Below, piece by piece: positions 21,619 through 33,850 of a DNA stretch of 64,000 nt. Within the stretch, counting starts at the first letter, position 1, and each line of letters starts with the position of its first letter. The position numbers and the translations under genes are program-made. The notes below the pieces were generated by a model. The model saw only the letters and a list, made by a program, of their open reading frames with translations. It did not search any database and had not been told where the DNA came from. Source of the stretch: Geosiphon pyriformis uo1 (taxonomy: Eukaryota > Fungi > Glomeromycota); the NCBI GenBank assembly GCA_016748015.1, contig JAAOMT010000786.1:131903-195902 (forward strand). Reading direction: 5' to 3'.

Positions 21619-24600
21619 TTTGGTGCTCTCCCACAGAAATAACACAACAACAACAAATTCAAAGTGGCAACTACACCAGACACAGCAACTCTAGAGTATT
21701 ACCAGTCAATTTACATCTACTGTAAGCAAAAATTCAACATTCCAGACGGAATTGAAGTTGTCAAGAAATCAGTATACCAATACATTGAAAACTGCATCAA
21801 CAATTATCTTTTTGGAAACTACAACATCTCAAAAGTTAGAAGCAACCTCTACAATAATTTAGTGCACTATTCACAATTGGGAACAGAAGACCTGAACAGT
21901 GAAACACTTGCTACCTACTTCCAAGAACTTAATTTTAACATTATTGAGTATTGTGAAAAAAAATACCCAGTACAGTCTAAATATTTTTTTGACTTTGAAT
22001 CAGAGACAGAAACAAGTAACAAAGACAAACAAAGATTGAAGCAATACTCAAGAACCACTCCAAACACTCTAATACTACAAAAGACACCTGCCAAACACTT
22101 GCAAACACCTGAACAAGGAACTAGTGTCAAATTACCACTTTCTATTACACCCTTTTCAATTTCATTTGTTCAATCACAAACACCAAATTCACCACTCAAC
22201 TGCTTCTCCAGACCAGAAGATTTTTAGTCACCTAGAAACCCTACTCAACAGCAGGAACCAATATCAACAAGTGCTAATATCATTGATTACTTACAGGAAA
22301 ACGAAAGTAATCATTTAGAAAGCTTGGAAAGTGAAGGAACTGAATCAGAACCAGAAGAAATTACAAAAAACGAAGAAGAAATGACAACTGCTTACATTGC
22401 AAAAATCCCAGAATTCACTGGTAAAGACAATGATACCAGTCCTTAAGAATGGCTTGACAAGGTTCAAAAAGCAGGAGATGCAAATGGTTGGATTGCAGCA
22501 AGAATACTCAAAGCAATTCCCTACTTTCTCCAAAGAACAGCAGAAGAATGATTTGAAAACTTAGAAGAACCATTTGAAAACTGGCAAGTATATAAAGATG
22601 CTTTTCTACAACAATTTACCTATAACAATACCTCTATCACTTTCAGAAACTGCTTTCATAATATCAAACAAGAAACATCTGAAACTGTTATAACCTATCT
22701 TGGAAGATTTAACAAACTTCTTAGATGAATCTGACAATTGGAAACCAATGACTACTATTCTGATGCTCAAATTCTGGATCAATTTATAGTAGGATTAAAA
22801 GACAAACTGATTAAGAAAGTCTGTCCACATGCTCCAGCAGACTTAGCAACTGCTATTAGACATGCAAAGAGCTATGAAATGGCAATGGAAGAAGCAAATC
22901 ACATCAAGCTTGTAAATCTTGCAATTGGAGAAACCAGCTCAGCAGCTGAAGAGAAGATAGACCAACTCACAAAAAAAGTTGAAAGCTACTTCACAAACCA
23001 ACAACAACAACAACAACAACCACAAAGATACCAACCTCCACAACAATGCAACCAAAACAATTTTGGATCACCATCCAACAACCAATCTTAAAATTGTCAT
23101 TATTGTGGAATTCCAGGACACTGGAAACAAGATTGTAAGAAATTACAAAGAGACCAACAAAACAGGAGTAATCAATGTTACTCTTCACCACAACAATCCT
23201 ATTACCAATCTCCACCACCAATCTATTATTCACCAAGACCACAAAATCAAAACTACTATCTATTAGCTCTACAATCAATGCAGCAACAATATCAACAACC
23301 TTTACAATTCAGCCATATCAGACACCACCCACTCAACAATATCAAGTACCAGCAAGAAGATTGGTTCAACATAACCAATTCACACTCCAAAATCAATTGC
23401 AGAATAACCACAACAGAATCAATCCAAATAACCAGTTGGTTCTCCGAAATTCAGCAAAGACCCAATCACTATCATACTCAACCCAGTTATCTTACAATAC
23501 CAGAGGAATCGGATTTTCAACAAACTGCACTTTCTGAAGGTGAAGTTGCAGCACCAAGATCAAATCCTTCCAACCACACCATTCTACCAGCTCAAATTGC
23601 CCAAAATGCCAATCTGTCAGACATATTTCCATTTGAATTTGAAGCAAATGAATCACCATTTTTGCTTAGTAATACAGCAGTTAATGAACAGAAAGCAATT
23701 ACTGCTATGTACACAGAAGCTACAGTGGAAGGAAAACCCATTCACTTAATCTTAGATAGTGGATTAGCTGGAAGTATCATCACTTACCAGCTAATGCAAC
23801 AACTTAAACAAAACGTAAACAGACCAGCTTAAACAGTTATTGTCACAGCTGATGGTATGAAGAAGACTCCAGTAGGAGAAATTGATGATTTCCCTTTTTC
23901 AATTGATGGAATCATCATTCCAATTAAAGTTTTTGTTATGGATGCACCTCAATACTAAGCTCTAATTGGAAATGATTGGCTTCTCAAGGCCAATGCAAAC
24001 CTGAACTGGAAAACTCAAGAACTTAAAATCTCATACTAAGGACAATATACCATAATACCTACAATCTGTGGTATCTTTAACAAACAATCAGAAAAAGCTC
24101 CTGTATTTGAATTTGAAGAAAAGAAAAAAATGCCACTTACTGAAACCTACATGGCTCTTGGATCAACATCCAATTGGACTAAAGAAACAGAACAAGAGAT
24201 TTTTGAAGAATCAAGGGGATAAAAGAAAGTTAGATATTCTACACCAGAACCACGGAAACAACCACCCTATATTCCACTCAAATGCAAAGATTGCAACAAA
24301 AAACTTTCATCAATGGGAGCATGTATTTCTCCAGAAGAGGAATATGAAACTCGTACCTGTTACTTTTGCAAAGCATGCCATAGAAAACGATTTGGATCTC
24401 CAAAAAGAAGTGGAAAATGGGACAACACACCTTGCCTTACATGTGGAGAAATGCTACTAGAAGAATGCAATTAGATTGATGTAACAATGAGAAGAGGAGT
24501 ATGTGATCAAACCTGTCAATATGCTCTATCAATTTCAGAAAAAGTCAGAAGAGGAACACCATTTGATGCAGCATACAACAGTGCTCTCAATAAACTTTAC

Positions 24601-24990
24601 CACTACCCTCATAATGCTAAAATAATTTTTGACTTAGCAATGGCATTGATCAATGGAGCCATCCAAGAAGATGTCCACCAAATGAAAGAAGCTGAATATA
24701 TTGAGTATACCATGAAATTAGCTGGATTTGATTATAAAGATGAAGTAGAAACCTACCACCAAATTGCAAGCCACACATATCTGACCAAAGAAGCTCAAAT
24801 TCAACAATTAGAGCAAATGAACATTCAATTGTGTGAAAAATGTGTCATGCCTTGTAATGACCAATGGTGTTTAGAATGTTATGCTTTTAGCATTCCTCTG
24901 CCAGATGAGAATGATGAAAATGAAATCGAATTTAGAGTATCTGAACAAGTAGAAGAACTACCAACCACTTCCATTTATCTTCTTGAAAAG

Positions 24991-25434
24991 CAACCACCTT
25001 TACAACTTAAATATTTTGACAACCATGGCCAAGGAATCAGACCAGAAAAAGCACACGAAATTGATGCTGGATATGACTTGAGATACCCAGGAAAAGATAC
25101 TTTGATTCTTCAACCAAAGTCTTTGACAAAAATCAATCTAAAAATTGCTCTTAAAATTCCACCAGGAGCAATGATTCAAATTGCCTCCAGATCATCATTG
25201 GCAAGCAAAGGAATCAATATTAGAGGAGGAGTTATAGATGCAGGATACACTGGAAACATTACCATCATGTTACAGAATGAGACAGACAAACCATTTAAAA
25301 TTGAACATGCTGAAAAAATTGCTCAAGCAATTTACTTACTCTTAATCAACATTTCGGGTTTACAATCAGTAAACAACAGAGAACAATTGGGAAAAAGTGA
25401 AAGAGGAACTCAAGGTTTTGGTTCAACTGGACGA
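24991..25434 (+). other. dut: dUTPase domain inside pol, between protease and RT
   Basis: All five trimeric dUTPase motifs: DAGYDL, SRSSLA, GVIDAGYTG, EKIAQ, RGTQGFGSTG. Confidence 0.95.
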
Positions 25435-27474
25435 TTTACAGTTTCAGTAAACATAGTTCTTAGTACACAAAATGAATCTCACCAGATTCTTCAACTTCCC
25501 CAGCCAATTACCATTTCCCCTTTTGGAGAACATCACGAAATTTATACTTGCTCAAAACCCACCACCACACAACAAATCTTTGAATCCAATGAACAAATCT
25601 GTTTGAAGCATGAAATCTCAATTCCAAACGTTTATATTCCCAAAGAAATGAGAAAATTTTGAATTACATTCTACAACCCCAATAATTACCCTATTGTTTT
25701 ATTAAACAAACTAGAGATTGGAATCATACACAACAATATTTTTCAAGATGAAAACTCTCAAATTGTCTCTAATTTCATCGAAATTGTAAGACACACTCTA
25801 CTCCCAAATCCAAATATCATTCCCACTACTGAAAACTACCACTTTGTAGAAGAAAAACTCTCTTGAATCAACATAGATCCCTTAAAACCTCAACAACAAA
25901 GACAATTGAAACAATTGATAGCTGAATTTGCAGATATATTTGCAAAAGACAACAATGACTTGGAAAAGACAGACATTGTTTAACATCAGATCCATACAGG
26001 AGATGCTCCACCAAAACGTCAACAAGCTTATCAAGTACCACCTGCCAGTCACCAATTCATCAGAGAAGAGATCCAAAGAATGCTCAATAACGGATTGATT
26101 CAACCATCAAGAAGTCCTTGGGCCTCATCAGTAGTTTTAATTAAAAAAAAAAACGAAAAAATCAGATTCTGTATTGATTATAAACAACTGAATAGTGTTA
26201 CAATTAGAGATGCCTACCCTCTTCCAAGAATTGATGACATGCTAGATGCTCTAGGAAAGGCCAAGTTCTTCTCAACTCTAGACTTGGAAAGTGGATACTG
26301 GCAAGTCGAAATGGACCCAAAAAACCGATCCAAAACAGCATTCACCATCCAAAAAGGAAACTATAAGTTCAATGTTATGTCTTTTGGACTCTGTAATGTA
26401 CCAGCAACATTTCAACAACTTATGGATGTTGTATATAAAGGACTCTTATGGCAATCAGTAGTTGTTTACCTTGATGATACTGATGTGTATTCACCAAGCT
26501 TTGAAGCCCATCTTATTCATTTGCGAGAAGTTTTTCAATGATTACAGAAAACAGAATTGAAGTTAAATATTGAGAAATGTCACTTTAGAAAAACAAGCTT
26601 AATCTTTTTTGGACACATTGTTAGCAAAGATAAAGTCAAACCAAACCTTGGAACAATTAGTGCTGTTAAAAACTTCCAAATCCCAAAAAATACCACAGAG
26701 CTATGAGGATTTGTAGGATTAGTCTCCTATTACCGAAAATTTATTAAAGAATTTTCAGAAATTGCCAAACCACTCAATTATCTCACCAATAAAAATGTGC
26801 CATACAAATGGACTGAAGAACAACAAAAAGCATTTGAAACTCTTAAAACAAAGCTAACAACAGCTCCAGTCCTTGCTTACCCAGACTTCAACAAACAATT
26901 CCAATTAGCCACTGATGCTTCACACATAGCATTTGGTGCCATCTTATTACAATTGGATGAAAAGAGGCAAGAACAAGTTATCGCTTATGCTAGTAGAACA
27001 CTCAAACCAACAAAACTAAAATATGGCTTAACTGAATTAGAAGCTGCTGCAATTATTTGGGCTCTTAAACATTTTCAACAATATCTGAAGAATGGAAAAG
27101 AATTTTACATAATAACAGACAACATTGGTCTCAAATGGCTCAATAAAAAGAAAACTAAACAAAGTGCCAAACAGTCTCAATGGAATGACTTCCTAGCAGA
27201 CTACAGATATATTGTACACCACAAACCAAAAAAACTACATACCAATGTTGATAGCCTCTTAAGAATAAGACAAGATTAATACCAACAACAATTCCATCAC
27301 AACTTACCAACTTACCAACAAAATAACCAAACAAGAATGGATTCCAGAAATTACAGCAATCTTAAAAATTATTTGGAAACTCTTACCATGCCAGAAAACT
27401 GGTCTCCAAGTGAAAAACACTGCTTACAACACCAATCAAAACAATATTTCATATACCAGAACAAAATCTATTAT

Positions 27475-27494
27475 NNNNNNNNNNNNNNNNNNNN
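27475..27494. other. Assembly gap (20 N) with duplicated contig overlap
   Basis: 27123-27474 is identical to 27495-27846. Confidence 0.95.
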
Positions 27495-29197
27495 CATTGG
27501 TCTCAAATGGCTCAATAAAAAGAAAACTAAACAAAGTGCCAAACAGTCTCAATGGAATGACTTCCTAGCAGACTACAGATATATTGTACACCACAAACCA
27601 AAAAAACTACATACCAATGTTGATAGCCTCTTAAGAATAAGACAAGATTAATACCAACAACAATTCCATCACAACTTACCAACTTACCAACAAAATAACC
27701 AAACAAGAATGGATTCCAGAAATTACAGCAATCTTAAAAATTATTTGGAAACTCTTACCATGCCAGAAAACTGGTCTCCAAGTGAAAAACACTGCTTACA
27801 ACACCAATCAAAACAATATTTCATATACCAGAACAAAATCTATTATAAAAATCACAGAAAACCAAACCAGCCACTCAGATTAGTACAAGAAAATGAAAAT
27901 GAAACAATTTTATACAACATGTACACAGATCCATCCTCAGCACACTTGGGAAAAGAGGAAACAATTCAAAGAACCCTTGAACATTATTTTTGGCCTCACA
28001 TGCAAAAAGACATTCGACAATATGTAGAATCTTGTGATAGTTGTCAAAGAAGAGGAGGAACTTGCCCCACAAAACCTTTAAATCCAATCAAAGTTGGACA
28101 ACCTTTTGACAGAGTTGGAATTGATTTAGTCGGATCATTACCTATCACAACCCAAGGAAATTGTTATATTGCAGTTGTAGTGGATTATCTTACCAAATGG
28201 TCTAAAGCTAGAGCCATCCAAAAAGCAGATGCAAAATCAGTAGCAAATTTCATCTATGAAGACATTATTTGTAAACATGGATGCCTAATTGAACTCTTAT
28301 CTGATCAAGGAACACATTTTGTGAACAACTTGATACAAGAAATTTGTGAATAGTTCAATGTCAAAAGACCTCTATTATCACCTTATCACCCTCAAACAAA
28401 TGGACTTGTAGAATGTTTCAACAGAACATTGTGTAAATCTCTAGCCAAAGTCTCAACAGACTTTGAGCAGAAATGGGATATCTTTATTCCATCAGTGTTA
28501 CTAGCATACAGAACACTAAAACAAGATACTACAAAACACACACCATTTGATCTTACTTATGGAAGAACAACAACATTACCAATTAATTTCACAGTGGAAA
28601 CATACCCAGTGCAACCAATCAATGAAGAAAACTTTCAAGAAACACTCCAAAGAAGAGCCTACACTCTTCTTAGTACACTGGAAAAAAAAAAAAGAATAGC
28701 AGCAACTCATATTGAACATTCCCAAGCTCAACAAAAAGAAAGACATGACAACAAATTACCATCTATTACCAACGAATTTAAAGTTGGAAATAAAGTTCTC
28801 TTACACAGAACTAAGGCTGAAAAACAATGGAGTGGGAAATTTGAAAACAAATGGGATGGACCATTTTATATTCACGAAATTCTAGGCAATGGATCATACA
28901 AGTTAAGATTTGATGACAAAATACTAGCAAAAGTTGCACATGGAGACAGGTTAAAACACTATTATTCCAGAAACAATCCTGAACCATTAATTCCACAAAT
29001 TGGTACACATTCCCCTTTAATTAATCCTGAAGATATTCCCCAAAATTTAGAACCAATAATTATAATAGAACAACAACCAAACTTGAACACTTAAATTTTA
29101 CAATAATTCTCTAATAAAAACACAAAGACAAAAATAGTAAATAATTACAAAACACCCAAACCCAAAAACAAATAAAAACCCCATATCCAAAAATAAT

Positions 29198-29841
29198 NNN
29201 NNNNNNNNNNNNNNNNNNNNNNNNNNNNNNNNNNNNNNNNNNNNNNNNNNNNNNNNNNNNNNNNNNNNNNNNNNNNNNNNNNNNNNNNNNNNNNNNNNNN
29301 NNNNNNNNNNNNNNNNNNNNNNNNNNNNNNNNNNNNNNNNNNNNNNNNNNNNNNNNNNNNNNNNNNNNNNNNNNNNNNNNNNNNNNNNNNNNNNNNNNNN
29401 NNNNNNNNNNNNNNNNNNNNNNNNNNNNNNNNNNNNNNNNNNNNNNNNNNNNNNNNNNNNNNNNNNNNNNNNNNNNNNNNNNNNNNNNNNNNNNNNNNNN
29501 NNNNNNNNNNNNNNNNNNNNNNNNNNNNNNNNNNNNNNNNNNNNNNNNNNNNNNNNNNNNNNNNNNNNNNNNNNNNNNNNNNNNNNNNNNNNNNNNNNNN
29601 NNNNNNNNNNNNNNNNNNNNNNNNNNNNNNNNNNNNNNNNNNNNNNNNNNNNNNNNNNNNNNNNNNNNNNNNNNNNNNNNNNNNNNNNNNNNNNNNNNNN
29701 NNNNNNNNNNNNNNNNNNNNNNNNNNNNNNNNNNNNNNNNNNNNNNNNNNNNNNNNNNNNNNNNNNNNNNNNNNNNNNNNNNNNNNNNNNNNNNNNNNNN
29801 NNNNNNNNNNNNNNNNNNNNNNNNNNNNNNNNNNNNNNNNN
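29198..29841. other. Assembly gap (644 N) hiding the PPT and the start of the family B 3' LTR
   Basis: N run; sequence resumes mid-LTR. Confidence 0.97.
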
Positions 29842-30410
29842 ATGTATCTTACTTTAGATTTATCTCTTAAAACCATTCCTATACACACAAAAAGAAATAA
29901 ATATTAAATAATTCAAAAAACCAAATTCTTTAATTATTGCACTTGGAAAATCCTCAAAACCCAACTAACATTTCGAAATTGATTAGCTACCAATTTCAGT
30001 AAACTGTTAATAACTCCAGGCCTGGATAGAAAACGTTTCTCTTGACAAAATTCTATTTCTTTTACAATTCTTTTATTTTTCTTTTTTTTTCTTATTACAA
30101 TCATTAGGGTAGTCTACAGACGAGATTCCTGTAGAAGAGTTGACTTTCACAGCAAAGTAACTACACATTTTTAGTGAGCTTCCAAATAAGCAATTCCTGG
30201 GAAAGAGTTGACATTTCCTACAACATAACTATATAAAGTAACTGGCACGGAATTGGCCATTCCACTTATAAGCCCAGCAGTTCAAATTATAGGAGATAAT
30301 TTGAAAATAAATTCAGTTATTGGAGGTTCAACTACTTCCTGAAAACGTGAATTCACAGCAAATCAACATTACCAACATTTAAGAAAAGAGACCAAAAACC
30401 TCTGGTAACA
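29842..30410 (+). repeat. Family B 3' LTR (visible part)
   Basis: Matches about 21049-21618; ends CTGGTAACA followed by ACAC. Confidence 0.93.
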
Positions 30411-31513
30411 ACACTCTAGCATGCAAACACCAAACCTCCCAATATCAATCAGTAAGACTCCACCTACTTACCAAATTATGCCTTATTGAGATATTGCCAA
30501 ATTAGAGAAATTCTTCAGTAAAGAAGATGACACATATATATGAATTGCAGAAGCCAAGAAAGCCATTACTGCCAACAATTGGGATAATAATAGAACCATT
30601 CAAGCATTGCCATTCTTTTTGACTAGAACCGCAGACTCATGGTATCAAAGTCTTGCAGAGAAACCAACTGACTTTGCTGCCTTTAAACTTGCCTTTCTGC
30701 AATACTTCTGTGATCCCAATACTCTCATCAGATTACAAAATCAGTTCAGTATCATAAAACAAAAAAAAGCAGTAACCACTTATCTTGGAAGATTCAACCA
30801 AATTTTTTGTTAAATCCAGGCCATTGAAAGAGATTACTACACTGTGGCACAAATTCTTAACCAATTTATCAAAAGATTAAAAAGCAGTTTTCTCTGATCC
30901 ATAAGACTCCACCATCCAACAAACTTATAAGAAGCAGTTACTCTTGCTTGTGGCTTTGAGTCAGCAGAACAAGAGACTAACCATACTCAAGCTATTAACC
31001 TGGCTATCAATAGAACATCCGATATTGACACAAAAATAACTCAATTAAGTGAGAAATTAACTCAGAAAATTGAGAAATTTTTAGCCAGTATCATAAGACT
31101 CTACCAACCACTACAATGAAGAGATAGTAATAACACCAGATACCAACAACAACAGAATCACCAACAACAACAACAATCTTATTTCCAGAAACTTCTCTAA
31201 TTTTTTTTACTATCATAAAAAAAATAATTTTCATTGACAAATTGGGAAATCTCCTTGATTGTACATGTCCAATTAAATATAAGATAATATCTAATGTTTA
31301 TATCTAATATTATATGATTATAGTATGATTATAGAGAGTGGAAATTATTTATATTCTGCTATTATATTTGTGTGAATAGGGACTATAAGGAGATATATAT
31401 AGTAAAAGTGACTATAAGATAATATTATATATAAATGGTTTTGGTTTTTAAAAAATGTGATTATAAGAAGATAGTGACTATAACCAGAGGGACTATAGAA
31501 AAAGTTCACTGTA

Positions 31514-33850
31514 TTTATTTTAATTGCAAAAACAGATAAAATTTATTATTACTTGGGTATTTTTTTGTTAATTAAGAATTTTTCTGGCCCAAATTTAAAG
31601 AAGACAAATTCAGATATAAAATTTTTCTTGTTTATAATTTTGCACAAAGTTATTTTAGACAAACAATTTTTCTATTTGGTTTTGGCTGCCTTGTAGCTTA
31701 TTGTTGGATACAAAATTCAGTTCAGTTTTACTAATAAAAGTTTGTATAAAAAATAAAATTATTTAATTAGAAAGAAGTTGAAGTTTAAGACCAGTTTGCC
31801 CAAAAAAATTTTTAATAAAACTGTGTATCATTCATCTTTGTACAATTTGAAGCCTTTTGATTAAATACAAATAAAAAAAAGGTGGTATTAATAATAAATT
31901 TTGCTAATAGTAAAGATATTTTTGGCTGGTTTTTAAGTATAGATTGCTGAATTTGCAAGTTTTAAGTTGAATTTCTTAGAACTCTTTTCAGTTTTCTGTT
32001 AAATTGAAAGTCAATTTAGTGAACAATTTTCTGATTAGCATTACCAAAATATTTTTGAAAAATAATATATCTTTGACCAATGGCTTATTTAATGCTTTTT
32101 ATCCCAAATATAATATTCTTATTATGAATATTTTGGATCAAGTAAAATATTTTTGGGTTTGTAAGTTCCTAAAGCATTTTGGTATTGTTTTTGTAAACCA
32201 GTTTTTGAATAGTTAAAAAGATTGCTTTGCTTGGAAAAATTTTTTTAATGAAGATATTTAGATTTCAAAGATCTGGTTTTCTATTGGTTTATAAAAGTTT
32301 TAAAGTTTGTTAGAAATAGTGGTTTGGTTTAAGATTATCTTTTTATTTCTAAAATTTTTTTCAAGATAAGTATGATTAATACATATGGCTTTAAAAATAT
32401 TTACTTCAATTTAAAAAATGTTTTTCTGTTTGAAATCTTGATTTACATTGATGGTTTTGTTAAAAACTTTAGTTTTTCAAGTATTATTGGTAGTACAACT
32501 GTTTATTTTTTTGATTTAAGTCTGTCTATAAAAGTAGAAATTTATAGATTGTTGTTTTTAATTTTGGTTGAAATATAAGTTATTGTTTTAGTTCTTAAAT
32601 ATGTTTTAGCTTTCTCTAAGATTACAATCTTTTCTAACAATTAAGTTTTTTTGGATGTATATCAAGCTGAATTAAAATTGGTGACTTCTAATTTTTACAA
32701 CAGATGCTGAATTGAGTATTATCAAGTTAATAACTTGATTAAAAATAAAAGTATATTAGTGATATGAGCTAAAATAAAAAGTTATTCTGATATGTTAAAT
32801 AACAAATATGTCAACAAGTTAGCAGATTAGACTACATCTTTGGAACTTGTTTTTTTGGTTAATATTAAGAAAAAAATTTTATTAACTGATAATAATATAG
32901 TATCTGACAATACTTATTGCTTTGTAAAGATTATAAATGATATTGTAAAGTAATATTAATGAAAAACTAGACCAGATTTTGGTGTTATAGATTTTTTTTA
33001 TATTGGCAATTTTAATTGGAAGCATATGGCTTTAATTTGGTATTCTAATTCTCACATAATTACTGAATACACAAGCAAAACTACTTTTGATTTATGTATA
33101 AACTTAATAAAAACTCTATATAAAAGATTACTGGTGGTAATTAAGAAGTAATTATATGATTACAGTTATTTAAATATATTGTACATGTATTATAATAAGA
33201 TAGAATTTTTAAATTATAGTTTTACTTGTAGCTTAAACTTTTTTACTTGTCAGAATCTTTTAAATAAACATTGTTTTCTGTAAAAATTTCTGATTAGTAC
33301 AAATTTGACTTCATTTGTGGTTCTTAATTATTGGCTAAATATGCTGTAAATGTTGACAAATACATAGTTTTATGCAAAAAATTTGTCTTAAAGATTGGTT
33401 AACAGAAGTTAAGACTTATTTCAAAAATGCTAAGTTTGCTATATTTATATTGATTAAGTTTGTTAGGAACTTAGTTATTAGTTATAGAAAATAAATATGG
33501 GGTTTTAATTTAAAATTATAAGTTAATATGAATTATAAGAGTTTATTAACTGAAAATAGCTCTGTGTTTAATATTGTTCATAATCTTTCTGTTGTAATTT
33601 TAAGTAATATTGCTTATTTGTTGGGAATTAAAAAGATATTGTTATTTGTTTTGGCTTAAATATTAATTATTTGTTTTTTATCAATGTAATTAAAAATGTT
33701 TTAATTAACATAGTTATATAGTATTGTCTTAATTGGCCAAGTAACTGGTTATATATAGCAAGTATATGAATTATATTTAATTTAAAACTTTAGATAATTA
33801 TATTGTATTAGATAATAATTGAATTTTATTTGTAAATAAATAAATAAAAA
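31514..33850 (+). mobile_element. 5'-truncated, heavily mutated LINE (end of RT, RNase H, 3' UTR)
   Basis: YYYLGIF...LDKQFFYLV, IYIDGFVK...VEI motifs match the other LINEs; conserved UTR and A-rich tail. Confidence 0.85.

Larger units (their letters stand above)
21664..29094 (+). pseudogene. gag-pol: Single-frame gag-pol polyprotein of family B (N-domain, CA, CCHC, PR, Cys-rich domain, dUTPase, RT, RH, IN-GPY/F)
   Basis: All ORF fragments share one frame; CHYCGIPGHWKQDC, LILDSG, YLDD, ATDAS, HLG...CDSCQ, SDQG, WDGPF; broken by point-mutation stops. Confidence 0.93.
20646..30410 (+). mobile_element. Full-length decayed Ty3/Gypsy family B with dUTPase
   Basis: LTRs 20646-21618 and (gap-truncated) 29842-30410; ACAC 4-bp TSD; PBS TGGTGCTCTCCC at 21621. 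Confidence 0.96.
18777..31180 (+). mobile_element. Truncated Gypsy family C (5' LTR about 18777-19843, PBS, gag only), interrupted by family B
   Basis: TGTTAC start at the transposase breakpoint; PBS TGGTGCTTCCTGTGAGG 19846-19862; gag at about 19870-20645 continues at 30415-31180 (IAKLEKF...ANNW...YLGRFN). Confidence 0.8.
17618..31511 (-). mobile_element. pogo-like (Tc1/mariner superfamily) DNA transposon, split by nested LTR elements
   Basis: TIRs (C/T)AGTGAACTYTYTYTATARTC at 17618 and 31511, each flanked by TA; subterminal GACTATAA repeats at both ends. Confidence 0.82.

Noticed and set aside
22997-23050. (CAA)n microsatellite and overlapping poly-N/poly-V ORFs
   Set aside because: Poly-Q linker of gag; the other frames are shadows
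27123-27846. Apparent 352-bp tandem duplication of the RNase H-integrase junction
   Set aside because: Copies are identical and separated by a 20-N gap in an otherwise heavily mutated element: unmerged contig overlap
28740-29094. Chromodomain at the integrase C-terminus
   Set aside because: Only the GPY/F module and a short Pro-rich tail; no chromodomain aromatic motif (same for family A)
29145-29888. 247-aa ORF in the track
   Set aside because: Almost entirely N gap
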